Source: Raja brachyura (lineage: Eukaryota). From it: a stretch of 64,000 nt of DNA. Position numbers and translations under genes: made by a program. The stretch covers positions 17,794,001 through 17,858,000 of the forward strand of contig OY740814.1 of NCBI GenBank assembly GCA_963514005.1. The letters are read 5' to 3'. The notes under the pieces were generated by a model. It ran no database searches and was not told the origin of the DNA. It saw only the letters and a list, made by a program, of their open reading frames with translations. Shown here piece after piece: positions 51,416-63,231 of this stretch (position 1 is its first letter; each line of letters opens with the position of its first letter).

Positions 51416-53477
51416 CAGTGCCCTCCATAATGTTTGGGACAAAGACCCATTTATTTATTTGCCTCTGTACTCAACAATTTGAGATTTCTAATAGAAAAAA
51501 AAAAAATCATATGTGGTTAAAGTGCACATTGTCAGATTTTAATAAAGGCCATTTTTATACATTTTGGTTTCACCATGTAGCAATTACAGCTGTGTTTATA
51601 CATAGTCTCCCTCCCCCCCCCCCACCCCCAATTTCAGGGCACCATAATATTTGGGACACATGGCTTCACAGGCGTTTGTAATTGCTCAGGTGAGTTTAAT
51701 TGCCTCCGTAATACAGGTATAAGAGAGCTGTCAGCACCTAGTCTTTCCTCAAGTCTTTCCATCACCTTTGGAAACTTTTATTGCTGTTTATCAACATGAG
51801 GAACAAAGTTATGCCAATGAAAGTCAAAGAAGACATTATGAGACTGAGAAACAAGAATAAAACTGTTTAGAGGCATCAGCCAAATCTTAAGCTTACCAAA
51901 ATCAACTGTTTGGAACATCATTAAGAAGAGAGCACTGGTGAGCTTACTAATCGCAAAGGGTCTGGCAGCCCAAGGAAGACCTCCACAGCTGATAACAAAA
52001 GAATTCTCTCTATAATAACGAAAAATCCCCAAACATCTGTCCAACAGATCAGAAACGCTCTTCAAGAGTCTGGTGTTGATTTGTCAATGACCTCTGTCCG
52101 CAGACGACTTCATGAACAGAAATACAGAGGCTACACTGCAAGATGCAAACCATTGGATAGCCGCAAAAATAGGATGGCCAGGTTACAGTTTGCCAAGAAG
52201 TACATTAAAAAAAATCACAGTTCTGGAAAAAGGTCTTGTGGACAGATGAGACAAAGATTAACTTATATCAGAGTGATGGCAAGAGCAAAATATGGAGGAG
52301 AGAACGAACTGCTCAAAATCCAAAGCATACCGCCTCATCTGAGACACACGGTGGAGGGGGTGTTATGGCCTGACCCCCCCCCCCCCCCCGGTGAATGCTG
52401 TGTACTTACCTTTCTGTTTCTCTGCAGGCCGTGGCTGGGAGCCAGGAATCAAGGAGTTAATAGCTTCTGTACCCGATTGGCCCAGCTACGTCAGGTGACT
52501 CATTGGGAGCTTTAAAAGGCAGAAGCTCCCAGAATTCTCTCTCTCTTCAAGATGGATCCCTGGAGGAAGAGGTGCCGGTCTGAGCTGCATGAGGCCTAGC
52601 CGCATGGCACAGCACTTTGTATATTTGTTGCATACTTTTGTAAATTAATGTTCTATTGGGACGGAAGGGATGACCTGAGAGTTTTCGGGTATTTTGGTGG
52701 CAGAGTTAGGGCTATATAGGCAGTTTAGAGTCTTCAGTCCAACGACCCATTGAGAGGCTGGCTGGAGCACACTTATATATTATTTGATAGCCGATTCTGG
52801 TCCCTGACCGTGTTCTTAAAAATCAGGTTCGGGTTTTGTTTTAGTGTTACAAATTAAAGACTTTTTTAATCTAAACTTGACCCTGGTTTTGATTTGTTAC
52901 GCAACTCTGAGGAACCAGCCTTCAGGAGTCGTAACAAAGACAATGATCCCAAACATATTGCGAAAGTAACAAAGGAGTTTTACAAAGCTAAAAAATGGTC
53001 AATTCTTGAGTGGCCAAGTCAATCACCCGATCTAAACCCAATTGAGCAAGCTTTCACATGTTGAAGAGAAAACTGAAGGGGACTAGCCCCCAAAACACGC
53101 ATAAGGTAAAGATGGCTCAATGCAGGCCTGGCAGAGCATCACCAGAGAAGACACCCAGCAACTGGTGATGTCCATGAATTCAAGCTGTCATTGCATGCAA
53201 AGGATATGCAACAAAATACTAAACATGACTACTTTCATTTACATGACATTGCTGTGTTCCATACACACTGGTGCCCTGAAATGGGGGGGATTATGTATAA
53301 ACGCTGCTGTAATTTCTACACGGTGAAACCAACATGTATAAAAATGGCCTTTGGCAATCTGGCAATGTGCACTTTAACCACATGTGATTTTTTTTCTATT
53401 ACAAATCTCAAATTGTGGAGTACAGAGGCAAATAAATAAATGATGGATCTTTGTCCCAAACATTATGGAGGGCACTG
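51416..53477 (+). mobile_element. Tc1-like (IR/DR) DNA transposon with a decayed DD34E transposase
   Basis: ~240-bp TIRs starting cagtgccctccataatgtttgggacaaa with an inner direct repeat. Remnants WTDETK (~52240) and DNDPKH...[12 protein letters not shown] with 34 residues between D and E. Frameshifted. Confidence 0.9.
52373..52936 (+). mobile_element. LTR-like segment inside the Tc1 transposase
   Basis: Ends ...gtcgtaaca (CA). Contains attgg boxes, TATA-like tttaaaagg (~52511) and polyA-like attaaa (~52853). Unrelated to Tc1 coding sequence. Confidence 0.5.
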
Positions 53478-53594
53478 AATATGCTTCATATGAGGCATAG
53501 AAAGGATAACCAGTCAAAATTTTCCCCCTAGGTTGGAAATGTCAAAGAATAGAGGGCATAGTTTTGCGGTGAAAGGGAACAAGTATAAAAGTGA

Positions 53595-53692
53595 GGGTTA
53601 CACAAAAAGCTGGAGAAACTCAGCGGGTGCAGCAGCATCTAAGGAGCGAAGGAGATAGGCGACGTTTCGGGTCGAGACCCTTCTTCAGAGTG
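53595..53692 (-). mobile_element. 98-bp Penelope terminal-repeat insertion with 12-bp TSD
   Basis: TSD gtataaaagtga at 53583-53594 and 53693-53704. Confidence 0.8.
53657..53692 (-). ncRNA. Minimal type I hammerhead ribozyme motif, intact core
   Basis: - strand cacu-CUGAAGA-A-GGGUCUCGACCC-GAAA-C-GUC-gccu; palindromic ACGU helix III. Confidence 0.6.
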
Positions 53693-53972
53693 GTATAAAA
53701 GTGACATGGGACAAGTTGGTTTTTTTTAAAGACAAAGAGTGACGTGCTGGAAACATGCTGCCATAGGAGGTGGTGGAAGTAGATACTATAGCGGTATTAA
53801 TGAGGCTTTAAGATCAGTATATAGATATGTAGGGAATGGAGGGATATGGATCATATGCAGGCAAAGGAAATTAGTTTAATTTGGTATCATTTTCAACAGA
53901 GACATTGTTGGTTGAAGAACCTGTTCCCCTGCTCATATCTGGCCATCAGTTCTTAATTAGACAATCACTTAC

Positions 53973-54052
53973 TTCCTGTGTTTCTGCTTCAGTTCCACAG
54001 TTTTCAAGCGCTCCAGTTAGGCTACTGAGAAGGCCAAAATCCTGTGCCCGAT
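53973..54052 (-). CDS. AAGAB: AAGAB coding exon 6 (80 nt)
   Basis: tttag|AT...GAA|gtaagt; DRAQDFGLLSSLTGALENCGTEAETQE. Confidence 0.85.
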
Positions 54053-54777
54053 CTAAAAAAGACATGATTGTTTTGTGTTCCATCAAAAAATTAAATTATC
54101 AAATTTAGCTCATAATTATAATTGTCTTGAGCCAATCAAAGGCTGTTGGCTTGAGCCAATTAATTCCCCACAATAATACTAGAAATTGCATCATTATCCA
54201 ATCAGTCATCTGAATAATCAAAATGGTTAGATCAGTTATATCTGAGGATGTGTCCCTCAAAGTTAAACAATAAAAATTCTGATTTTAATGAAATGCGTCA
54301 CAACTCTATAAATCCAATGGTTCTTCCGTCATCTATAAGTTTGAAAAAAAGTTTGAAAATGCATTTACAAATTCACCTTTAATTCACCTTTTGAATGGGG
54401 AGTGCAATCAGAGGTGCAGATACAACTATTCTAAATTTGGGCAGCATGGAAAAGGGGATTTTTTAATATTATCAAGCTAAAATAATGTGATAAAGACAGT
54501 GGGAAAATACTCATGACATAACGTATGATCCCTGTTAACTAAAATATTACTGTGTGAAATAATGTGATACGTGTTGGTGCAGGAAAAGTCAACTCAAATG
54601 AAACTCAACTGAAAATGCTGACTATAATCCAAAATTTATAATCCAAGATTGAAATGAAAAGAAAATAGAAAACTGCCTATCTTCTTATTAATGGTCTACA
54701 ACCTGAAATGTTAAGTTTCGCTTTCCATAGGTACTCTACAAAACTCATCAAACTTTAGAAAATATCTCATTTCGTAC

Positions 54778-54861
54778 CTGTTTTCATCTCAACATTTGAC
54801 CACACATTTGCATTCAATGCCTGAATAATTCTCGTTACACCAGTGGATTCAGGGAAGTCAT
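54778..54861 (-). CDS. AAGAB: AAGAB coding exon 5 (84 nt)
   Basis: [28 protein letters not shown]. Confidence 0.94.
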
Positions 54862-56690
54862 CTGTGTGGATATTAATACATCTGAATATTTAATATATCT
54901 AACAATAGGAAAATACAAAAATATAGAAAATACAAATCAACTGAAAATATCCACAAAAACAGTTTACAAATTGAGCAATAAAGCTAAAGCAAAATAGGAA
55001 ATCACAACACACAAATGCAAAACATTTTTTATGCAAGGAATGGCTAAGATATGCACCAGGGCACAGCATTTACCCATAGATAGCATGAACTTTTCTTGTG
55101 TTGATGCAATGCATCATTGATTTTTCATCATTGTTACAAATGCTTTGATTAAAAAATAAATTATCTCCTCTCTCATGCTCCATTTCCTGTTGGTATACTA
55201 GATATACTTCTCAAGTAAGGAGGTTGGTAGATCTTCAACCTCTTCAGACACATTTTTCCTACAGTGCTTAAGATGCATCAAAAATCAGTGATGGATCATT
55301 GCCTTCAGACCACTTTGCACTAAGTTTTGAAGCAATAAAAGCCATGCAAAGTATCTTTAAAAAACAAATATCATTTTATAAGTACTAGAAACATAAATTT
55401 ACATAATACCAATAATATCAGTAATTTGATCGCAAGAAATAGGAGGAGCTAGAAACAAAAGTAGCCAGGCAGTTCCTGGAGCCGACTTCCGCATTTGATA
55501 AGATCAGGTTTGATCCCGCTCTTCAACAACCACATTTGCCAAACCAGTATTCAAATCTCAAGTCATGGAGCAGAGAATTCCAATGATTCATAACCGTTCA
55601 AAAGTAGTAATTCTTTCTTACCTCCTTATCCAAAGATCAATTCCTCACCATGACACCATAACCCTCAGATCAAGGAGAAACATTCTCACATCCATTTATA
55701 ATGCCCCCTTCAGAATCCTACGTGTTGCAATAAGATAATTTCTCATTCCTCTTAACTCTATCTGCTTAATCTTTCCTCAAGTCAACACCTTCACCCCATT
55801 AATCAATTAGCAAACTTTCACTGCTTCTCCTCCAAAGGAGCAAAATTCTTAAGAAACCATGAACGGTCAAGAACTGTTTTATTGAAGCTTTGTATACTGG
55901 TGACAAGACTTCCTTACTATTGTACCCACTCCCTCTTGCAATAAATCTTCATACTTGTCACCATTTGGGCCACCATGTTAACTTTTGAGTTCCTTGTACC
56001 AGGACATCTAGATCTCTCCTAGCATCAATATCTAATACTCATTTAACGTACTACCCAAGTGAATAACTGCACATTTCTCTTTATTACCATTTATGCCTTC
56101 TCACAAGGATAATCACACCATCTCACCTACCTTTGCATCATCAGCACTTTGAATGTATAGTAATCGGTCCCTTCATCATAGCCAATAAGATTGTTAATAC
56201 TATCTTTTTGCAAAGGTCAAGCTGAAATTTTACATTATAGTTTTTTAAGTAATTTTTTATAAACAATCCATTTGCATGGCTAAATCAGCCGAAATTAGTT
56301 ATGTCAGCAAATAATTTTTCAGAGCTCGTCTCAACTCCTCTAGGGCAAAACACATGAGAAGACATCCGATATGTTCTTGGATTGCTAAATACAAAATAAA
56401 ACTTATGCCATTTACAAAGAAAGAGGCCCAACCATGATGTTCTCCATGGTCAAAAAGGTACACCAGCATATGACACTGAATTACTAGGAGCAAGGTAAAG
56501 GGTCCCAATGACAATTATTATCTTCTGATGGGAAGAGATCAACCAAAAAAAAATGCAGTAAAGAAGTAACGTTTTCAGACTGATCCATTGAATTTATATT
56601 AGTAGCAATTTAATGTATAATTTAAAGAGTAGTTCTCATTCACTTTAACACTTGACATTCAGTAATAGCAATTCTGATATGCAAACAAAC

Positions 56691-56780
56691 CTTCTTCATC
56701 TGGCAAGTCTTCTGGGTCGAGTTCCACCAATTCAAACCCATTTTTAATGCACCATTGCTGTGCCACTTGTCTGCTCACCC
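56691..56780 (-). CDS. AAGAB: AAGAB coding exon 4 (90 nt)
   Basis: GVSRQVAQQWCIKNGFELVELDPEDLPDEE. Confidence 0.94.
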
Positions 56781-57929
56781 CTAAAAGAGAAAGCATGATC
56801 AAATAATGCAAAAACCATGACTGCGCAACACCATTCATTATACCCAAGCATATGGTGCATCGATTAGTGCGTGGAATTATAATGCTGCAGCTAATACAGA
56901 AACTTGTTTTTTGTTTTTTTTGTTAGAAGTACAATAGTGTGGTACTTGAGTACCTAATACATACATATTTCCATTCTTGGTTGAGGAAAGGACGGGCTGC
57001 TCAACATTACAGGATTCAGATGTTTCAAAAGTGAGAGAAAGTAATGTCAGGAAATTACACAACAGATCAGGGAAAATGTCACTGCACAGGGTGGATCTCC
57101 TGGAAGGCTCATCCAGTGAGGCAGAATGGGGAGAACTCAGGAATAGGAAATGTGCAATCACTAAACTATAGACCTCCCAACAGCCAGTGATATTGAGAAA
57201 TAGATATGCAGATAGATGGAAAAAAAAACAGGGTTGGTGATATCAAGGAGGCGAAAGTTTTGGGCCTTTCTAACACCATTACGGTGGAGAAGGTCCACAG
57301 GACCTGATGGCTCTTTATTGAGAGGGAGAAGAGTGGAGATTACTAGAGCTTTGACAGAGATATTTGTATCCTCTTTAGACACAGGCGACATCCCAAAATG
57401 AAGCCCAAGCACAATGTTCAAATCACATTATGTCGTATGTGTTAGAAACACAAGGAAATGGTATAACACCTTTCCATAATTTACCTTGTTTATGCCAAAT
57501 CCTGCTGAGTTGAGTTTGATGAACAACAGCAGTGTTCCAGTAACTGCTTCAATTAGTGTTCCTTCATAGAAGTCCAGCCAGTGATTGGCGAAAGGTGACA
57601 AGCCTATATTTGAAGTTACTCATATCTCAAGGGAGGCTGAACTCACTTAGGAATAAGAACCACCAGATTTTGGGAGAGGAGTCTCTACGGTCTTGGATTA
57701 AATTTTTTTTAAAGCTTTGGATCGTCCTTCCCAACTGATCCAGTACCAAGTAGTATAATGCATTTTACTCCCTAAATTAACTTCTTAAATAGGCTCTAAA
57801 TTATCTCTTGAGCAACCATATCCTTGTAACAAGCTCCAGCTCTCCATGTGGAGGCAGATGTGGTACCAATTACCATCTAAAAATACCAGATTTACAAGTC
57901 ATATCCAAAGTAGAAACTAAGCAAAATAC

Positions 57930-58026
57930 CATTGTCTGAAACTCTGTCACACACCAGAATCAAAACTTCAGGGGACCATTCTTGAGTTAGAGGAAGCCAA
58001 GTGGATACCTCATCAAGGCCAGTATT
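57930..58026 (-). CDS. AAGAB: AAGAB coding exon 3 (97 nt)
   Basis: [32 protein letters not shown]. Confidence 0.93.
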
Positions 58027-59217
58027 CTGAAGAAGAAAAAGTACAATTTAATGACAAAAATAATGTCAAAGATTAAAACAGAGAAATGGTAAAATGAACA
58101 TACATGGAGTGGCAGCCACAGAATGATGTTGTCCACTGTGCAGATAACATACCAATACCAATTGATTACCATTGAGAGGATGAAGAGCATTTATTGTGAT
58201 CGAAAACAAATTTGTGTAGGAAAAAGAACCAATTACCTGTCAGGTAGATTTAGACAATTAACAATATGAACTACAGCTGGACCTGTGACTCAATTCCTTT
58301 TATTCTTGGTTTTGGGAGCAATCAGACATTAGTGCTAATTGTTCAGCTGCTTTAGTAAACAAGGCTAGGTGGTACCAGGAATCCCACCTAGTGAATTAGA
58401 CAATTTTGACAAAAGAAAGGAAGTTATAACTTTGCTTTCCTGGGCATGGATACATGTATCCAGCAATCCCCTATCCTAAAGTCCATGTATAAACAGATAA
58501 GAGCACCACATTGGACTTTGCACCTTTTTCCTTCAGTGAAAATACCTGCTCAAATGTGATTGAGATTCACTAGTTGGATAAAAAAAACCCGTGGATATTG
58601 AACATCTGAGAAACCACTTGCTACCAAAGAGTCAATGCTTTCTGGAGAAGTCAGGAGAACATTTTCAAAAATAAGGTGGAAAAAAAAACTAGCACAGGCA
58701 AGTAAAATAATAACGTGCACACATGAATGTGGACATTTTGAAAAACATCAGTGTTTAATTTAGCTGCTCACCAATATAAACAGAGTAACTTCACTAAATT
58801 TGCCCAAGTGTATATAAATGCCAAATTATAATACTGGCACTCAGTACATCTTAAGTAAGCAATAGCTAAACACGGTATTGGGAATGAGCCTAACTGTGGT
58901 TTAAGATTTAAGTTTACTTTGAAAAAACATGGGTGATTTAGTGGAACTGATTTGTACAGTTTGAGTTCAATTTATCAGTTCTTTGCACCTGCCAAATTTT
59001 TACTGAAAGTGGTCAAATGAAAATGGAGATGCTTACACTTGCATTACAGAGTAGAAATCAAGAAGTTGTGACTACAGTCGTTTTCATTTGGCTCCGTGTC
59101 AACTGCTTCCTGATCCCTATGCAGTACTCGGGACACAAGCAACAGTACTCAGGACACACAGGACTCAGGATACCTTCAGAGGTAATAAAGATATAACAAG
59201 AAACAGATTTTCCTTAC

Positions 59218-59408
59218 AGTTGTGCTGTCAAAGTAAATCACGAAGGCCTCCACCGAGTCTGCAATCTCCTTTGTCAGTTCGAATTTGTCAGGCACCACAC
59301 ATAGCTGTACACTAGCAGTGTAATACTTGTTATCTATAGTCCATGGGTAGGATCGGACCACATTCCTGGGACCAGTGTATTCTGGAATGTCATCTGTTCC
59401 AATAATAT
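59218..59408 (-). CDS. AAGAB: AAGAB coding exon 2 (191 nt; GTPase-like adaptin-binding domain)
   Basis: tttag|AT...ACT|gtaagg; IIGTDDIPEYTGPRNVVRSYPWTIDNKYYTASVQLCVVPDKFELTKEIADSVEAFVIYFDSTT. Confidence 0.95.
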
Positions 59409-59624
59409 CTAAAATCAGGACATCAAAATCAGGACATCAATTAGTTAAGATAATTATTTATTGATAAGAGTCAAGTTGAATCTGATACACAATAGGGGAA
59501 AGGACAGAAGAGAAAAAGACAATGATCAATTTCTAACACAATCCCTAAAGGAAAGGACTTGCCAAGAATGTAATCAGAATATTACTGGATTGCCCAATAT
59601 TAGTCACATAACTAATATCATATA

Positions 59625-60498
59625 CAGTAAACCCTCGTTTTAACAGACTCCTTTATAACGGATTTCAGTTATAGAACGCCATCCCAACTCGCATGGCCTC
59701 TCCAGCCGTGGCTTCAGACACTACCACAGGTTCGCAAGGGGCACTAGCGAACTCTTTATCACCCATTGCGTAATCCAGTTAGCATGGTTGTTGTTGTGCC
59801 TCACATTACAGCCCCTGGGGACAGTGTTTTCTTCGGGCTGGTGCCGCTTGCGGGACACTAGGTCACTTTGAGACTCCCTCACCGGATACTGCTTCTTGCT
59901 TTCAGCACGTCACTTTGTCCGCTCCCTGCTCCACTGCCGCCATCTCCTCCTTCTCCCGCCGCTCATCCCACTTGGCTTCTCCTTCCATCCTCCACCACCA
60001 TCTCCTCCATCTTCCCCGGAATCGCCAACATATTCCACCTTGGGGGGTGTCGGCAGCTGTGGGGAAGAGGGTAGTGCCGGCTGGTGCGGGAGGGAGGGTG
60101 GGGATGGTGCTGGGGCCCCACGGTGGCCGGGTACATTTTGTTGTTGGTGGCGCACCGAGGGTAGCTGGTGAGGGGGAATGCACTGGTGCAGACTAGCACC
60201 ATCTGTGCCTAGTTTCAAGGTGAAACGGCACAGGGTGCTGGGGTAACTCAGCAGGCTGAATTAGTCTGCAGAAGGGCCCCAATATTCTCCAGAAATACTG
60301 CCTGACCTTCTAAGTAACTCCAGCACTTTGTTTCCTTATGTGTAGTAATCATAATTTGCAGTTGTTTGTTTTAACTGCGTGCAATAATACATTAATCGGT
60401 CATAGCAAACAATCAGCAATAATGAACTGGTACCACTCCACCTCTTCTCCCCCCCCCCCCCCCCCCCCCCCATGGTTCGTTATAACGAGGGTTTAATG
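59625..60498. mobile_element. Non-autonomous Tigger/pogo-like DNA transposon carrying a Penelope fragment
   Basis: TA-cagtaaaccctcgttttaac ... gttataacgagggtttaatg-TA. Confidence 0.75.
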
Positions 60499-60659
60499 TA
60501 TATGGAGAGTTGCTAATTGAGTGTCTCACCTACACCATATTTCCAACAATACGAGGAATTTGTTTGAAGATTGGATAGAAATGAAGCACAGTTTTAGCAG
60601 ACAAAAAATTAGTCTTTCAATTCCAGTCCCCAAAAATGTCCACGAGTTAGAAAAATAAT

Positions 60660-60979
60660 GCGTTTTGATGTTAGATGGTGGGTTGGTGAAGAAGGGCTCG
60701 CTGGTGCAGACCAGCAGCGTTGGCGCCAGGTTTTAAGGTGAGACGACACAAAGTGCTAGAGTAACTCAGTGGACTGAATTAGTCCGAGGAAGGGTCCTGA
60801 TGTCACCTATCCATGTTCTCCAGAAATGCTGCATGACCCACTGAGTTACTTCAGTATTTTGTCTCTCATTTGTCTATTAACCATCATCTACGTTTCTTTG
60901 TTTCAACTACATGCAATAATACCGTACGCGATTAAAACCGACAATCGGCAATATGGTCTGTTATAATGAGGGTTTACTG
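60660..60979. mobile_element. Second, truncated copy of the same Tigger-like composite element
   Basis: Diverged direct copy of about 60135-60498, ending gttataatgagggtttactg. Confidence 0.65.
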
Positions 60980-61656
60980 TCTTGGGCAATTCAAATTTTT
61001 GAGCAAATAAATTAGCGATACTTTTTTTGCAGGTAATACAGGCTTTTGGAAATTAGAAAGTACACCAATTTACAAAACAGCCTTGTAAATGTAAATAAGG
61101 TTTTAAAAATAATACTTAAAGGCAGCATATGTTTCACCCATCGTAATACAATTTCATTCATTCCAAGATCAGCTCCATTGTTAATACTACGTCAACAGTA
61201 GAGAATGAAATAAAACAAAATTACACCATTCTGCTTAAAGCCATTCTATTTTTTTTTTTTAAAGTATTTCTGGACTGCTACCATAGGGATCCATTTTGTA
61301 AAATAACCCTTCACATGTCAAATCTACTTTTGGTCTCTCTGGTAATAATGGATGACTACACATGTGCAAAGCCATGTTCAGCAGTTTGGCTAGGATACCT
61401 TAGATGCCAGAGGATAGATTCTAGAGCCCTGCAACTGTGTGCTGAATAATGAGTAGAGCGCTCAGCCCTTTCTTAGGTGGGTATAAAAATTGGAAAAGTT
61501 TTAGAAGCATTTGCAGCTAATATTCTGCATCTGTGTTATCACTAGTGACAGGAGCAGAATTAGGCCATTCGGCCAATCAAGTCTACTCTGCCATTCAACC
61601 ATGGCTGATCTATCTTTTCCACCTAACCCCATTCTTTTGCTTTCTCCCCATAGCCA

Positions 61657-61810
61657 ACTTCTTCTTCTTGCGTATGGCGTGCACAGCCTAAAGTTGTGGG
61701 TCAACTTGTTCTATTTGATACTTTTGTTTGTGCACGTCAGGTTGATTGCATTAGTCGAAACAGGGTTGACCACGTGAAGGTTGCAATCTCCCACCCTCCC
61801 CACCCCTCCT
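61657..61810 (-). mobile_element. Short non-LTR retroposon 3' end with (AAG)n tail, inserted at a CR1 tail
   Basis: - strand ends ccatacgcaagaagaagaag; TSD cccatagcca at 61647-61656 and 61811-61820. Confidence 0.65.
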
Positions 61811-63231
61811 CCCATAGCCATAACCATGTTTGAGAGATATTTCCCAAGGACGGAGCATTTATGCTTTTGAATATACTGTGCAGTTGGAATAGCTAAATTG
61901 TGATCAGTGAGCATTTTAAAACCCTGATAATGCAACACACAAGTTGTCTAGGGAACTCAACTGGAATAGCTAAACCAAGTTATTGAACACATCAAACCCT
62001 GACAATGTAACATCCAAAGACTAGGGATTCTATTCATACCTATGTTTTATTTAAAATTATAGGCCAGTCCTGGTGTAACACCAACTTAGAGAAGGCTACT
62101 CTGAAGGCTACCAGAATTCCTGGATGGCATAATATGCACACCTAAAGATACAGGTAAAATAGTGGGAAAGTTGAAGCAACATTATACCTGTGAAACTCCA
62201 TACCATGAAGAAAAGGTCAGTCTTCTCCCCAGAAAAACATAATTTATTTTACAAATGCCAAAACCAAAAAGAAAAAACTTGCAAAAATAGAGAATTAAAA
62301 AAATTTAAAAACGGCAACAATTATTACTGAACACAGTAAGGAGGATAAAATTGTTCTGCATCTGGGAATTCTCACGTGGTAGAGTTGTAAGAAAAATGTA
62401 TAGCAGTATGGGTTTTAATTTTGCTTGAGGGATGTTTTAATGCAATCATTAGCAGCATGTAAATACAAGAAACTACATTCACTCTTGTACAGTCAGTAAA
62501 AGGCCATTTCCAGCAGCAAAATACAAAACTGGCAGATGGTGACAGATGGTGAGAGAGGCAATAGAGAAAAGCAGTGGAAAAAGGGGACAGCCCTAGTATG
62601 TTAGTGGCAGCTTTTCCTCTTTACCTCTTGACCTTCTTAACATGCCAACTCACCACCCACCCTCAACACCGCACAATAAAACCCGTTGCAAAGAAATTTG
62701 AAATAATGCAAAATAAATCACTATTTCCTGACAAAGCTATCTTAAAAGGTCAGACTGCATTACAAGGGTCTCAACCAAAGGCATCAAAGTGATCACTAAG
62801 CACTGAAGTGAAATTTGAACAGCTGCGGGCAAAGATTTTTCTTCCTTTGTGAAGCCTAAATGATCTTTTGGAAGTTTGACAATGTCAATATTTGGAAAAG
62901 GTTGGTTATGCAGAAAGTTTGAAAATCACCACTTTAGGTGGCCATCTGGATTCTGCTGAGTAAGCAGTATTACCAAGTCCAACACATACTAGACACCCAA
63001 TTATGTTTGCTAATTTAAAACTAAAACTGAAAGTTAATGTTTCCTCTGTGGTTTGTTAATGAGGCAGTAAAAAAATATTACCAAAGCAATTACAATTCAG
63101 CCCCAAAATGAAAAGAAAACGGTGGCTGCAAAATTAAAAAAGAATGGAATTTTACAACTATCCCAACCACATCACATTTGTTGTGCTATATACCTATAGG
63201 TTATTTTGGACAAGTACACTCAAATTGAGCA

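Larger units (their letters stand above)
50500..53930 (+). mobile_element. CR1 LINE RT remnant hosting nested insertions
   Basis: RT motif remnants gattttagtcaggcatttgataa (DFSQAFDK), tggcagatggagtttaatcca (WQMEFNP); the sequence resumes after 53477 and runs to the CR1 tail. Confidence 0.75.

Noticed and set aside
51797-53200. Active Tc1 transposase
   Set aside because: Multiple frameshifts and loss of part of the catalytic domain.
59868-60218. Cluster of overlapping GC-rich ORFs, considered as AAGAB exon 1
   Set aside because: Interior of the Tigger-like element with no AAGAB N-terminal motif; exon 1 appears to lie beyond 64000.
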